Shown here: positions 1 through 13,014 of the stretch, piece by piece | How positions within the stretch are numbered: position 1 is the first letter of the stretch | How the letters are laid out: each line of letters begins with the position of its first letter | Program-made: the position numbers and the translations under genes | Source: Macrostomum lignano | Lineage: Eukaryota | DNA length: 64,000 nucleotides | Assembly (NCBI GenBank): GCA_002269645.1 | Contig: NIVC01001881.1 | Span: 62,001-126,000, forward strand | Reading direction: 5' to 3' | Notes under the pieces: model-generated | Database searches by the model: none | What the model was told of the DNA's origin: nothing | The model's input: only the letters and a program-made list of their open reading frames with translations

Positions 1-342
1 GCAACCTGATTTAGTTGCATGACTCATTGAATTGTTTGCTTTGACATCTATTGATAAGTGACAAGCTGTTGAAACCCGCGGATTTTGAACCCGGGGAATT
101 CCAATCCCCGGAACTATTTTTGCATGTATTCTGAAATCTAAGGCCATACAAACAAAAACTTGTTATTAGTTAGCAGGATAGAGGTAGACATAAAATAGAG
201 CACATTCGTGTAAAAATAGGATTTGAGGCAAACATTGATATTGTTGGCTGGGGTACTGCGCAGAATGTCAGGCAATGTCTGTCTGACTCTAAAACATGTA
301 TTGGCAAACTCTGGCCTCTGCCTCTGACTCTCCCTACGTCCC

Positions 343-578
343 TTGGATCCTTTGAAACTTTTATCTTCTCTTCTGTTTCCTCTCTTCTCTCTCGTCCCTC
401 GTCTCTCCTCTCTTCTCTCTCTCCTCTCATCTCTTCTCTTTTTTCTCTCTCCTCTCCTCTCTGCTCTCTATATTCTCTTTTTTCTCTCACCTATTCTCAT
501 TCCTCGCTCTCCTCTCTTCTCAACTCTCTTCTCTACTCTCTCATCTCTCCTCTACTCTATCACCTCTCCTTTCTACTC

Positions 579-638
<60 letters not shown>

Positions 639-753
639 ATCTCTTAACTCACCTCTCTTCTCTCTAGTCTTTAATCTCTTTTCTCTCTTTTCTCTCTTTC
701 TCTTTTATCTTGTCTCTCTTATCTTTTCTCATTTCTCTCTTCTCTCTCTCTCT

Positions 754-829
<76 letters not shown>

Positions 830-1560
830 CTCTCCTCTCCCATCTCTCTTCTCCTCTCTACTCTCTCCCCTCTCCATTCTCCTCTTTCCTCTCCTCTCTC
901 CTCACTCACTTCTCTCTTCCTTTGTCTCTCCTCTCTCCTCTCGTCTCTGTAATCTCCTCTCTTCTCTCTTATCTCGTCTCTGTTCTCTCTACTCTCCCAT
1001 CTCTCGTCTGTTCACTCTCGTCTCTGCTCTCTCACTCCCTCTTTCATCTGTCATCTTTACTGTCTTATATGTTCTCTGACCTCTCTTCTCTGCACTCTTA
1101 TCTTTCCCCTCTTTTGACTCCTCACTTTCCTTTCTCCCTTCTTCTCCTATCTTACCTCTTCTATACTCTCTCCCTCTCTTGTCTCCTCTTTTCTCTCTCC
1201 ACTCTCGTCTCTCCTCCATTATCTCTCATCTCTCATTTCCCATTCCTCCTTACACCTCTCTCATCTCTACAATCTTAGAGATGTATCTTTATTTCTTCTC
1301 TCTTCCCTTTACTCTCATCTCTCCTTTCACCTCTTTCCTCTCTGCTGTCTCCTCTCTCCTCTCATCTGCAGCTCTCTGCTCTCTCATCTCTACTCTCTTC
1401 TCTCTCCTCTCTACTCGCTCCTTTCTACTCTCCCCTCTCATCTCGCTTTTCCTCTCTCCCCCCTTCTCCCCCCTCTCTCTCTCGTCCTCACCCCCTCATC
1501 TCTCCTATTATCTTCTTATCTTTTCTTTTATCCCCTCTCTCGCTTCTTCAACTGAATTTC
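343..1560. repeat. CT-rich low-complexity / (CT)n microsatellite tract, probably intronic to the HELZ2-like gene
   Basis: Long (CT)n runs and CT-only sequence; the Leu/Ser ORFs here are artefacts. Confidence 0.95.
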
Positions 1561-1651
1561 ATTTCAAGTGTCTTCAACTGAACTGAATTTCATCAATTAA
1601 CTAAAAACACGACAGTATTGTAATCTGTTTACAATTTTGGTAAGAACGCAC

Positions 1652-4600
1652 CCGAGATTCGAGCTTCTCTCGAGCCTAACAGGGCGATCTTGTGCGCCAA
1701 CGATGTGCTGGACATCGCCGGAAGGCGCCACAGCGCCAACTCCTGGCGTCGGATTGGCAGAAACTTCTGCATCACCTCCACGGTGGCTGTGGACACGCTG
1801 GACCAATCGAATCGCTGGCACAAGTCGTGCTGCTGCAGTGAAAACACGACAATCTGGCAGTCGTAGGAAAAGTCTTCGTCTCTTTTAAAGTTACAATTAC
1901 GGCACCGACCGTGCACAGTTCGGTAAGCTAGCAGGATGCCACCGTGAGCAACTGCCGTGAAGTAGTCCTGGGAACTAGCAGCTTTGGAGCTGTCGCCGGG
2001 AAACCGTACGCAAAGAAATTCGCTGTACCTGTTTCGACAAAGAAAGTTTGAAAGGAAGTAAAAGAATACAAACTAAAAAATAGTAATAAAAACTGTAAAG
2101 CGTTTAGTTAAAAAGAAAGTACCTGTCCCGCTCGCCTGCAAGCTCAAAAGCTTCGTTTACAGCAACTTTGCTGAGGCTGTCGCCACCTCCGCGTCCGTGC
2201 TGCCCTTCAAGATCATTCAATTTCTCATCAATCATTGGATCGTGAGCTGAGGCGTCAGTTCCAAACTTCAGTTGATACTTGATGCGAAAATCTTCTGGCA
2301 GATGGAAGGCACCCAGCCACCGTTCAGTGGGCTGGTGGTAGCTCCAGTCGAGCGCCACCTCATGCAGGATGACGCTGTCATCAGTCGATGCTGCGATGGT
2401 GGCAGACTCGATGGCCACGATGCGCTGCCAGATGGTCGCGTACTCGTCGATGTCGCGGTACGAGGGCTTGGACTTGACATCCGTCACCTCCGCGAAGCAG
2501 CGCACGGGATCGTCCTTGTGCGTTACGCACACCGTGTGGCTGCCGCACACTTCGATCAGCGCAACGCTGGGCGTTAGCAGGCCCTGACGCAACTGCGCTC
2601 GGAACTGCAGCCGCATGATATCGCCGACCGCGAACTCGCGGTAGAACTGGACTGGCTTGCCCGACACCAGAAGCTGTTCATTCGCTCCGACAGCGAGCTG
2701 GTCATTCTCACAGGTGATCATCCAGGCACCTTGATCTTCAAGCACAACGTCTTGCAGCTGGCGAAACTGGCCCCGAACTGACTCGTAATTGGCGCCGGAA
2801 CTGATGAAATCCTTGCGCAGCTTCACTACAGGATCGCAATTGACGCGCTGGACGTAAACGTCTCGCTTAACACGAACCTCACTGCCAATGTAATGAAGTA
2901 CTGGAGTGTTGTATCTTGATGAGTCTTCGCATGACGAATGCACGAAAATGCGTCGGCTCCATTTGCAGCGAAACTTTCCAAGTCCTCGAGGCTCAGGTCG
3001 AGCATTCAGTCCAAAGCTGGACATCTTCACGACTCCCAGTATCTTGGGCATGCGGCGAAGGCGGCTACTCGTGAAGGACATCTCGCCGTCGTCGATGGAG
3101 CGCAACACCACGAGCTCTTGCTGTGGGCGTCGCTTCAGACGGCTGGCGTAGGCGTAGCTCATGGAGTCCTTCTCGAACATTTTGACTCTACGCTCCAGGG
3201 TTCGAAGTGAGTCGCACAGATCGCTAAGACTTTCGGACGTCTCTCCTGTCGCCGGGCCTTGCTGCTGATTGTTAATCGCCGCTCGGAACGCCCTGTGGAC
3301 AACAATATCCGGATAGCGACGCATGGGGCTTGTAAAGTGCACATAGTTCGCCTGCTGCAAGCTGAAGTGGTACACCTTGCGCCGAGCTTCTTCAGCTGGA
3401 TTCTCGTCCGCCGTCGGTGCATATTGCGCAGGCTGTGTGATGGAGAACCACTCACTGAGGGCCAGCATCATGTGCGGATGGCGACTGTCGTGCATGAGCC
3501 GTAGGACGCAATCGCGAGGCCTACCGATTTGGTACTTCATGATGAAGTCATAGTCAGCTCGAGACAGAGACAGCGGAAATTTGCACAGACTAAACGAGAC
3601 TCGAAGGCCTCGAAGATCGCGCTGCAGTCGCGGCATGTGCACCAGCGTCGGACCGAATTTACCGAGCCAATTCTGGACCTCGGCAGGTCGGGGCTCGTCC
3701 TGGACTCGAGCCACAACCGGCCGCTGCTGCTCTGCCAACCACTGACCTACCGACAGGTTGGCCAGCACCATGAGTTCCTCGATGAGGCAGCTGGTCTCGA
3801 AGGTCCGCCCGATGGCTCCCTGCTCGTCGTCGTCGTCGCAGAAGTCGTCGTCCTGCAGCTGGAAGCCGGCCTCACCAAGCCGCTTCAGCCGCAGGCATCG
3901 AGCGATGTCCCACAGAGAGCGCAGCATCGACACGAAGTCGGGAGTCAGGCGGTCTCCGAAGCTGTCGGCGCTGCGCTCGGTCTCCAGCAGCACCGGCTGC
4001 ACGTCGATCTTGTTGAGCCGGAGGTCGCTGCGAACGACGGTCTGGTGGAACTCGGGATGTTCCCAGAGGAGGTTCGCAGAGCTCTAAAAGTGAGTAATGT
4101 AAGTAAAATTGCAAGCTAATTCGATTACATCAGGTCCACATAGAATCTGAGATGTCACACACATCTTATTGAATTTTAAGTCGGTGCGTCAGCTGGTTTA
4201 GCTAAAATTACTTTATTCTGTATAAAAGGCTTAGATCTTACTTGTAAAGATCTTACTTTTTTGTCACGCTTGAACTTGAAGAGCACACTCAGACAGAATC
4301 TGTCGGATCCTTCGCCGAGGCTGAGCACGTCTTCAGCCAGAGTTTTCGGCAGCATGTGGTTTGGTGTCACCTGCTGCAGCGACTTGCCCACCTTAGGCGG
4401 GTAGATGGTTCGGAGGCGACCCCGAGCCACACGGTCCAGCGGGGAGCCCTTCCTGCCGATGAACTCGCAGATGTCGGTGATGTGAACTCCAACGGTTTCT
4501 ACGCCTGTTGAGTAGCAACGCTCGTAGCTGATTGCGTCGTCCATGTCCCGCGTGTCCGGGTTGTCAATGGTAACGGTGAGCACCTTACGCATGTCTAGCC

Positions 4601-7600
4601 GGCCCCTTAGACCCATGCTGTTCGCCTTTTGCTGCACGTTAGCCACCTGATTGCGCAACTCCTTTGAATCTCGCAGCGGACGAGGCAGCCGGTGTCGCAT
4701 CTGGATGAGGCCGAACGCCTCTGCCAGCGAGCCGTCGGTGTTTTCGAGAACGTAGACCACCTTTCCCATGGGGTAGTTCTTGTCCAGATGCCAATACTCG
4801 AAGCACACCAGAAAAGTCTGCTCACAGAATTCTTTGTTCACTCGCTGACAGCGGTCGTGCTCAAAGTAGATTTTTCCTTTAGAGTCCCTACAGTCGAAAA
4901 AGACGGAATTAGTATTTAGAAAACATAGAAAAAATTTTAATTTTTAGAACATTAGGGACCCTTTTGAGTGCCCAGCGTAGAGAGAGGGCATCGAACAAGA
5001 AAATAGGAAAAATTTGAAACAAAATTTTGACACAACAACGTAATTTTAAAAGAAGCGTTGATCAAAATTTGAAGAAATAATCAAACCAGCGTAGCGCTTT
5101 TAAAGAAATAATCCTTTCTATTAGTACAAAAGAGAATAGCATCAATGTTATCGGATATGTGACCCGAACTCAGAAAATATTTAATCGAAATTGTATGCCG
5201 GATACTCGTACTAAACAGTAAGAAAAATGCCACTCACTTTCTCGGCGAGAAGACGGACACAAAGTCGCGGTCGATGCTTAGGACGTGGTCCCGATTCTGT
5301 GTCACTTGTTGCTGCCCTGTACCGCTGCGTTCCTCGTGTCCATCAAACCCATTGTCAGGCATTTCCTTCAGAGCTTTCTGAGCAATCGAATTGTCATAGG
5401 CAATCTTTGGGAAGGTGCCGCACAACGGTCGCATCAGTGCGCCAACGTTGCTGAGCACTTCGCAGAGAAACAGCTGGTAGCGCAGCTTCTCCGCCTGTTA
5501 AAAATGATTCAGAAGGAGTGTTTAGGAGTTGCAGGTTCTTCAGGGATTATTGTGATCAGTCTCCAACACCTTCCTGACTGACAGCATGCCAGACTCAAAC
5601 CAAGAACAAGTCGATGCCCTAAGAGTTTAGAAACGAGAAAAGAGCTTAATAAATTCGCACCTGCTGATGCATGCCAACAACGCGTCCTTTGACCTCTTTA
5701 TTAGCCGGGTCAGCGCCTTTTCTCTCCATAATCTCCACCACCACCTGGTCGTTGGCGCAGGCCCTGCCGCAGTTCTCGCGCCCGTTGATCTCGATGCGGG
5801 CGATCGGGTCGCTGGGGTCGACCGGAACTGCCGAGCCGCCTTGGACGCCGTTCAGCTCAAGAGTGCAAATTTTGAAGCGATCCGGCTGCTCAGCCAGGAG
5901 TTCCTGCAGCTGCTGGTGGCCGAGGAAGTTGTAGCGCAACTGGCGCTTGTAGTAGCCGAGGACGCGGCCCTTGGATGCACCGTTGGGTTGCACCTGGTCC
6001 AGGAGCTCCACCACCACCTGAGTTAACGAAACATTAATTAGTCGGTACTTAGTTAGAGGGTCAGCGAGACTAGCAAGAAGTTAAGCATAGTTGACTGTGG
6101 TTAGTACAACGCCAAATAGGCCTGACATCTAAAACAAAAATCTCTAATCTCTAAATCTGTAATCAATTTCCAGCACCTGCTAATTGAAAAAGGTCGTCTC
6201 AACGTTCTTACCTTCCAAATTGCAAATTGATCTAGGAAATGATTTTATCTGAGTATTGATTCCCTATAGGAGATGGAATTAGTTTCATAAACATGAAAAT
6301 TAACCTTAAACAAAACGCGTGCCAAAACGAAAAACGTCTTCCTGTGTTGTTGATGCGTTTTTCAGCAAAAAACTGGCCTTAAGTGTAGAGTAAAAGTCTC
6401 AACCGATAACTAATTATACCACACCTGTTCACCAGGAAACCAACTGCCCGGGTTTTTTAGTTGAATCTGATTCAGTCCGTCATCCTGTCGATTGACTGGC
6501 ACGCCGAACCTCTGCCCTGAGCGGTTCTTGACGCACTCAACCGTGCACAGTCGGTATCGCGTCGGATCGTCATCTAAACGACGCTTGAAATCGGCATTGA
6601 CAGAAACGGCAGGCGGTTCGCACGATTCGTCATACTGTTGGACACCTTCGAACAGATTCAGGATGCGATTGAGTTCGCTAGCTCGAGCCGCAGCCAGAGC
6701 CGCGGCCGCCACCTCTGGGTCAACTTCATCTGAATTTGAGTTCGAATTCCGATGACTCTGGCTTAATTGTCGATTGGTTTGAATTTCCGCTGCGATTCGT
6801 TCGACCAATCGGTTTAGAGGGGGGTTGCGCAGTTCGGCCTCGACTGAGTCTGGTTGGAGTTGGGTATGATTTACCAGGGTTATAAACTGCGGTTATGATC
6901 CTGCATAAGCTTTTTGTTAGTTTGCTTCTTTGTTTATGACAACGTTTAGTTTTATGGTCATCTGCCATTGCTTATTTATGACCATGATGTATTCCTTGTT
7001 TTCTGAGGCTGCAATCATTGAGGAAAGATTCTTTATACAGGGACAGGGAGAGATATTCTTTCCTCCATGGCTGCAACTTCTATGGGATTGTGTCTAATCT
7101 ATGTCGATAGCATTGTGTCTATATTTATGACCTCGTGTTCAATGCATATGACATTAGTCTGTTTATGATTTTGTTGAAGACTCTGATAAACCCAGCTGAC
7201 CCACTAGCTGCTGCTATGACCATAGACAGCATATGTGTGCCTACATACTGTTTATAACATTCATCACAACAGCATTAACATCTTACTAACCAGGCGCCAG
7301 TGCACCGTCCAGAGGCACATACAATGTGCCATACACGTGACCGATATCAACGCTGTCATTGCCGTTGTTACAGTCGCCAAAAGTTAACAATTTATAATTG
7401 TACATTTCGTTACCGGGGTGAACCCGAATATTCAGACCGAATAGACGGTGAAATGCTGACGCCATTGCGGCTGAATCGCTTTTCTGTTCGTCATTGCTGC
7501 TTTCGCCGCTGCTTTCGCCGCTGCATTCACTGCTGAATACGCTGCTGCTGCTACTTTCATTTCCGTTTCTGTCCGACTGCAAAAGCAGAGGAGAGAGAGG

Positions 7601-9117
7601 GAAAGATGGGGAGAGACAGGGAGAGACAGGGAGAGACAGGGAGAGAGACAGGGAGAGACAGGGAGAGACAGGGAGAGAGACAGGGAGAGACAGGGAGAGA
7701 CAGGGAGAGAGACGGGGAGAGACAGGGAGAGACATAGAGAGACGCCATTGGACAGGGAGAGAGACAGGGAGAGAGACAGGAAGACAGGGAGAGAGACAGG
7801 GAGAGAGACAGGGAGAGAGACAGGGAGAGAGACAGGGAGAGAGACAGGGAGAGACAGGGAGAGAGGAGACAGGGAGATACAGGGAGAGAGACAGGGAGAG
7901 ACAGGGAGAGAGAGAGAGAGACAGGGAGAGACATAGGGAGAGAGACAGGGAGAGACAGGGAGAGACAGGGAGAGAGAGACGGGGAGAGACAGGGAGAGAG
8001 AGACAGGGAGATACAGGGAGAGAGACAGGGAGAGAGAGGGAGAGAGAGACAGGGAGATACAGGGAGAGAGAGAGAGACAGGGAGATACAGGGAGAGAGAC
8101 AGGGAGAGACAGGGAGAGAGAGACAGGGAGAGACAGGGAGAGAGACAGGGAGAGACAGGGAGAGACAGGGTGAGAGACGGAGAGAGAGAGAGAAACAGGG
8201 ACAGATACAGGGAGAGACAGGGAGAGAGAGACAGGGAGAGACAGGGAGAGAGAGAGACAGGGAGAGACAGGGAGAGAGAGAGACAGGGAGAGACAGGGAG
8301 AGAGAGACAGGGAGATACAGGGAGAGACAGGGAGAGAGACAGGGAGAGAGACATGGAGAGACAGGGAGAGAGAGAGAGAACAGGGAGAGACAGGGAGAGA
8401 GACAGGGAGAGACAGGGAGACAGGGAGAGAGAGAGGGGAGAGAGAGAGACAGAGAGACAGGGAGAGACAGGGAGAGAGACATGGAGAGACAGGGAGAGAG
8501 AGAGAAAGGGAGATACAGGGAGAGAGACATGGAGAGACAGGGAGAGAGAGAGAAAGGGAGATACAGGGAGAGAGACATGGAGAGACAGGGAGAGAGAGAG
8601 AAAGGGAGATACAGGGAGAGAGACAGGGAGAGACAGGGAGAGACAGGGAGAGAGACAGGGAGAGAGAGACAGGGAGATACAGGGAGAGAGACATGGAGAG
8701 ACAGGGAGAGAGAGAGACAGGGAGATACAGGGAGAGAGACAGGGAGAGACAGGGAGAGAGACAGGGTGAGAGATAGAAGGAAATGAGGCGCAGCGGTGAG
8801 AGGCTAGCTACATGTAAACAGAGCAACCGTGAATCCCAAACGAGGACATACCAGGCCGCAAATATCCATCAGCTTGTTCCTAAACTCATCCATCGTGTTT
8901 GTATCTCGCATTTTGAGCAGTTTCCTATGCCTGAGCTTCATCAGACAGAACACAGCCTCAACTAGGCTAAGGTCTTCCCACTCAGTTGCTGGGAGTATTC
9001 GATAACGAAGTCGCTGGCCAGAGCCGACACCAGTTAGAAACGTCAGTCGATCTGTGGCGATGAAGTCACTCTGTTTGGACAGAGCTTCCGATTCCCATTG
9101 GCGCAGTGCTTGACATT
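1652..9117 (-). CDS. HELZ2: HELZ2-like RNB (RNase II/R family) domain protein, multi-exon, incomplete at both ends
   Basis: Phase-consistent GT-AG exons read by hand: 9117-8852, 7576-7291, 6849-6425, 6017-5661, 5494-5238, 4887-4257, 4083-2123, 2028-1652 (~1520 codons). RNB motifs TIDNPDTRDMDDAIS, VGVHITD, IEELMVLAN, YVHFTSPMRRYPDIVVHR. The CSD-like IEINGRENCGRACANDQVVVE and the post-RNB region (DDSVILHEV..., FLCVRF...AVAHG, TVEVMQK...RRQELAL...LAHKIALLG) resemble, from my knowledge of the family, the part of HELZ2-like proteins that precedes the C-terminal SF1 helicase. No helicase motifs are visible in the window, so the family call is less certain than the RNB call. Confidence 0.8.
2123..4083 (-). 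CDS. Largest exon of the HELZ2-like gene (C-terminal RNB, S1-like region and linker)
   Basis: Acceptor ttttag|AGC at 4083, donor AG|gtactt at 2123; ORF 2104..4002 with the HFTSPMRRYPD motif. Confidence 0.92.
4257..4887 (-). CDS. HELZ2-like exon carrying the RNB catalytic motif
   Basis: tgtag|G at 4887, AAA|gtaaga at 4257; encodes DMRKVLTVTIDNPDTRDMDDAIS. Confidence 0.92.
7590..8770. repeat. GA-rich intronic tandem repeat (AGGGAGAGAC-like units)
   Basis: Visible ~10-12 bp periodicity between exons 8852 and 7576. Confidence 0.95.
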
Positions 9118-10214
9118 CTGTGTAATGTATATTGTAAATAAAATACATTTATGATTATGATTACGAATATTAGAGAACATTTCTATTAGTGCAAATCTGT
9201 ACAATCTTGTCGATATGAAAGTTAACAATCTATCACAGTTATATATGCATATTAATATAATAATATAGAGGTTTAAACCATAGGCATCGTCCAGCCATGA
9301 AAGCTATGTCAGCGATATAACGAACTATCATAGAGATAGGGAGCTTTTGACCATAGACAAAGCATTGAAGAATAAACTAGTTTATTCTCGAGAAATCGAG
9401 GTCTTTACTCGTTATCGACCGAACTGGTCTATGGTGATTCCCGATTCAGCGCTACTAAACTAACTGCATTATAGCGATACAAAAATATACCTTTCAGGTA
9501 GGCCTCCAGACCAGAGATTATTATTAAAAAGTCAAGCGTAGCGCCCTACTTTAATAAGTACTTTATTAAAAAGATATAATATAAATTAGTAATAAGTATA
9601 CAAGTACAGTATTCAATGGGTAATAATAGTGCGTCTCACCAGAGTTGAACATAAAGCCCATGATAGTCATTTTTACTTGTTAAATTTTCTATTTTTAGAG
9701 AACTGTTTAAAAAACTCTGCATGAAAAATACGATAAAACAGCTCTCCAATAGCAAGGTTTAACTTTTAGCAGATTATTTTTCCTTTTCAAGTCTTGTGTG
9801 TGCAGTCTGGGCTCATTTTTACTAGGAATTTCCAAGAAATTTTGCCTCTCCGTTAGCATAATCTAAAAATAGCATCAGCAGCGTACGTTAGCCGAGCGAT
9901 CGCAGACAGGGGGTTGGCAATGTACATGCTAGAAATGAGGCATCGGCATCAGCTGATGAAACTAACTGTACACTCAAATAGTGTACATTAGATTATAGCT
10001 AGAACAGCTCTTAAATGTGTTCCGTCTATGTCTGGGATTAGTTTCTTTACATGCAATGCAAGATGCAAATAGTACGAGCTTGCAGAAGATTGCAGAAGAT
10101 GCAAATATTTTTATACTTTTCTGTGGTAAAGAGATTTTACCTTAGGTTAAAAGCTTATGTGATAAGTTTAATGTTTATGCAGCAAAAATGCGTCAAAACA
10201 CCATTAGGTGGACT

Positions 10215-10410
10215 GGCATCCCTAGTGCTAAAGCCCCTGGTGGCGGTGCTAATGTCCCTAGTGCTAAAGCCCCTGGTGCTAAAGTTCCTGGTGCTAAAGC
10301 CCCTGGTGCTAAAGGCCCTGGTGCTAAAGCCCCTGGTGCTAAAGGCCCTGGTGCTAAAGGCCCTGGTGCTAAAGCCCCTGGTGCTAAAGGCCCTGGTGCT
10401 AAAGCCCCTT
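10215..10410. repeat. 15-bp minisatellite (GTGCTAAAGCCCCTG)
   Basis: About 12 tandem units. Confidence 0.9.
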
Positions 10411-10824
10411 TGGCAAAATGTTAAGGTAATAATTTGTTTTTTGAGGTGCGACAAATGTTTTAGCAATATTGAAATCTATGCAAAATGGAAAGCGAAACGA
10501 AATATTATTTGAAAAATGTTGAGTTGTTGAAGCAATTTTATAAAAAAGTTCGCTATCCACACTACTGGTTATCGAAGTCAACAAAATTCTAGAAGTAGCA
10601 GTTATAGATAGTTTGTTTCACTGTGCAAGAGACTGCTGCAAAGACGTTCTAATTATAAAGTTATCTAATTAGCAAATGGCTTGTAGAAATAAAAGATCCT
10701 CGTAAGGGATCTCTGGTCTCGCAGTCCTCATTGTTTCGCAGGCTAAATTACGGTCTGCTAATCTAAATTGTGTGAAAACTAGCAACTTCCGAGTAGTAGT
10801 TTTACTGCATTTTTTCTTGAGCCA

Positions 10825-11050
10825 GGGGCCCCCATCCCCGCCTGTTCATCAACTTCCTCGTCAGTCGATAAGCAGACTCCGAGCATCACCACAGGTGGCC
10901 CGACACTTGGAATTGCAGGCAATCCCAAGCTGCCGTCCCCGGTCTCTCTATCCTCCTGCGTAGAGCCCTCATCTTCAGGCTCAACCGCAGGGATCTTAAT
11001 TAGGGCAATCAGCATGAAAACGCTGAGCACTTTATCTGCACTTTATCTGT
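10825..11050 (+). mobile_element. Degenerate non-LTR retrotransposon fragment (post-RNase H region), related to the element at 21684-22889
   Basis: Shares blocks catccccgcct, gcaggcaatccc, ctcctgcgtagagccctc, caggctcaaccgcag and aaaacgc(t/c)gagcactttatctgc with 22290-22585. Confidence 0.75.
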
Positions 11051-11875
11051 ACTGAATGAATTTACCCTTGCATGGTTGTCGTTCTCAAGTAGCAATGCAT
11101 GGAACAAGTAGATTGATTAAAATTGATTAGTAGATTTAAAGTCCAGAAGGTAAGATATTGGGAATTTAGTTCTAAAAACATCTGGTACCGATTTCATGAG
11201 CAACTGGTACCTGGTATATTGACGCAGCTACATGAAGTTTGGTTTCATGACGAACCTTAGCAGCTACGAACTTACTGATAAAACTGAGACTGCCTCTATA
11301 GATTGAAAACGATTGTCTATGGCTCAAAGTAGGGTGTTCTCAGGGGGCTGATAATGTTTGGTTTCATGACCATAGCAGTGCAGCTATCAGCTCCTTTTCC
11401 ATTTAGCTGCAAAACGCATGTCTATGGCACGAATTCCTTGCTAGGGTGAGTAGCAGACTGATACTTAGCAGCAGATATTTCCACTGTTGCTTCATCTCTA
11501 AGCGGCACACTTCATACGGCTGTTTTTTCCGATAACAAGTCAGCCGTCTGGCTTGATTTCAAGCGAAAATACTTTAACCCCTAATGCTTAATTCAGTTTT
11601 CATGGTGTACTGTGAAAGTCTGAGTCTGTATTTCCTGGAAACAAAAGACTGGCATGCAAAAATTGTAGATCTTTATTTTCTACAACTGACCCGTTACACG
11701 CCCTCGTTCATTGCAAAAAAGAGAGTGTGTTGTTTGCGCTTGATTGAGTTAGAAAAAATAAATTTTGCGACCGATAGGACGAAAATATTTTTCTATTTAC
11801 TTGTTGCAAAGCTATTTTTAAAACTTCAAAATCATAGTTACGAGAATCTAAGCAAAATTACCTGTGTCAAGAACA

Positions 11876-12266
11876 TGTGTCACCCACTGCCTCCTGTGTC
11901 ACCCACTGCCTCCTGTGTCACCCACTGCCTCCTGTGTCACCCATTGCCTCCTGTGTCACCCACTGTCTCCTGTGTCACCCACTGCCTCCTGTGTCACCCA
12001 CACCTCCTGTGTCACCCACTGCCTCCTGTGTCACCCACTGCCTCTTGTGTCACCCACTGCATCTTGTGTCACCCACTGCATCCTTGTGTCACCCACTGCC
12101 CCCTGTGTCACCCACTGCCTCCTGTGTCACCCACTGCCTCCTGTGTCACCCACTGCCTCCTGTGTCACCCACTGCATCTTGTGTCACCCACTGCCTCCTT
12201 GTGTCACCCATTGCCTCCTGTGTCACCCACTACCTCCTGTGTCACCCACTGTCTCTTGTGTCACCC
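11876..12266. repeat. 19-bp minisatellite (CACCCACTGCCTCCTGTGT)
   Basis: About 20 tandem units. Confidence 0.95.
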
Positions 12267-12719
12267 ACAGACCGTGAGAAAGGTACTCAAGTACCCTGGT
12301 CCTTAGGTATTCGTGTCTGTTTTTTTCATATTTTTGTTGCTTTCTATAAGAGAAGTCTATCGATTCTCCATCCCGTCTCAGGTAGCTCACACATGCAGTA
12401 AGCAATACTTCAGCCACGTGAGACTTTTTAGCCTGGCTCACCACCCAGAACGCTTGCTGCAAAGCAACCAGAGTACGCTCGTACTGCATGTTTCAGTACG
12501 ATGTGTCTGGAGAGTCCTGGAGCGGTATAATTTCAGCTTAGACACGCTTTTTATGTTTGTGCAGCTGAGCACCAGACAGAATTGCTGCGGGGGCGCAATT
12601 ATCTTTTTGTGCAAGGTTATTCGCCAGCATGAGTAGGCGTTTCTAATTTCAGTTCGCCTTGTTAAATTGACGAATTGATTGCCGCACACAAAATATTTTG
12701 CACCTGAGCTCCGGTGCAC

Positions 12720-12955
12720 CTGATCACTGATCTTTGTTCTAGAATCTTTGTTCTAGAATCACTGATCTTTGTTCTAGAATCACTGATCTTTGTTCTAGAA
12801 TCACTGATCTTTGTTCTAGAATCACTGATCTTTGTTCTAGAATCACTGATCTTTTTTCTAGAATCACTGATCTTTGTTCTAGAATCACTGATCTTTGTTT
12901 TAGAATCACTGATCTTTGTTCTAGAATCACTGATCTTTTTTGTTCTAGAATCACT
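12720..12955. repeat. 21-bp minisatellite (TTCTAGAATCACTGATCTTTG)
   Basis: About 10 tandem units. Confidence 0.95.
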
Positions 12956-13014
12956 AGAGAGGGACATGTCCCCCCAGTAAAAGCTTGAAAACTTTTGCAT
13001 TACGGCGACAAAAC

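Noticed and set aside
170-340. Next exon of the HELZ2-like gene
   Set aside because: No convincing acceptor/frame with helicase-like sequence; left unannotated.
343-1586. Hydrophobic Leu/Ser ORFs resembling membrane proteins
   Set aside because: (CT)n low-complexity artefact.
7286-8826. Leu/Ser/Pro and Arg/Glu/Gly-rich ORFs of ~430-460 aa
   Set aside because: GA-rich intronic repeat; only 7291-7576 is a real exon.
10188-10424. GAKAPG/GPGAK repeat ORF resembling collagen or flagelliform silk
   Set aside because: 15-bp minisatellite with a 5-residue period (not Gly-X-Y); only 78 aa; the frame compatible with the nearby AG/GT reads VLKPL repeats.
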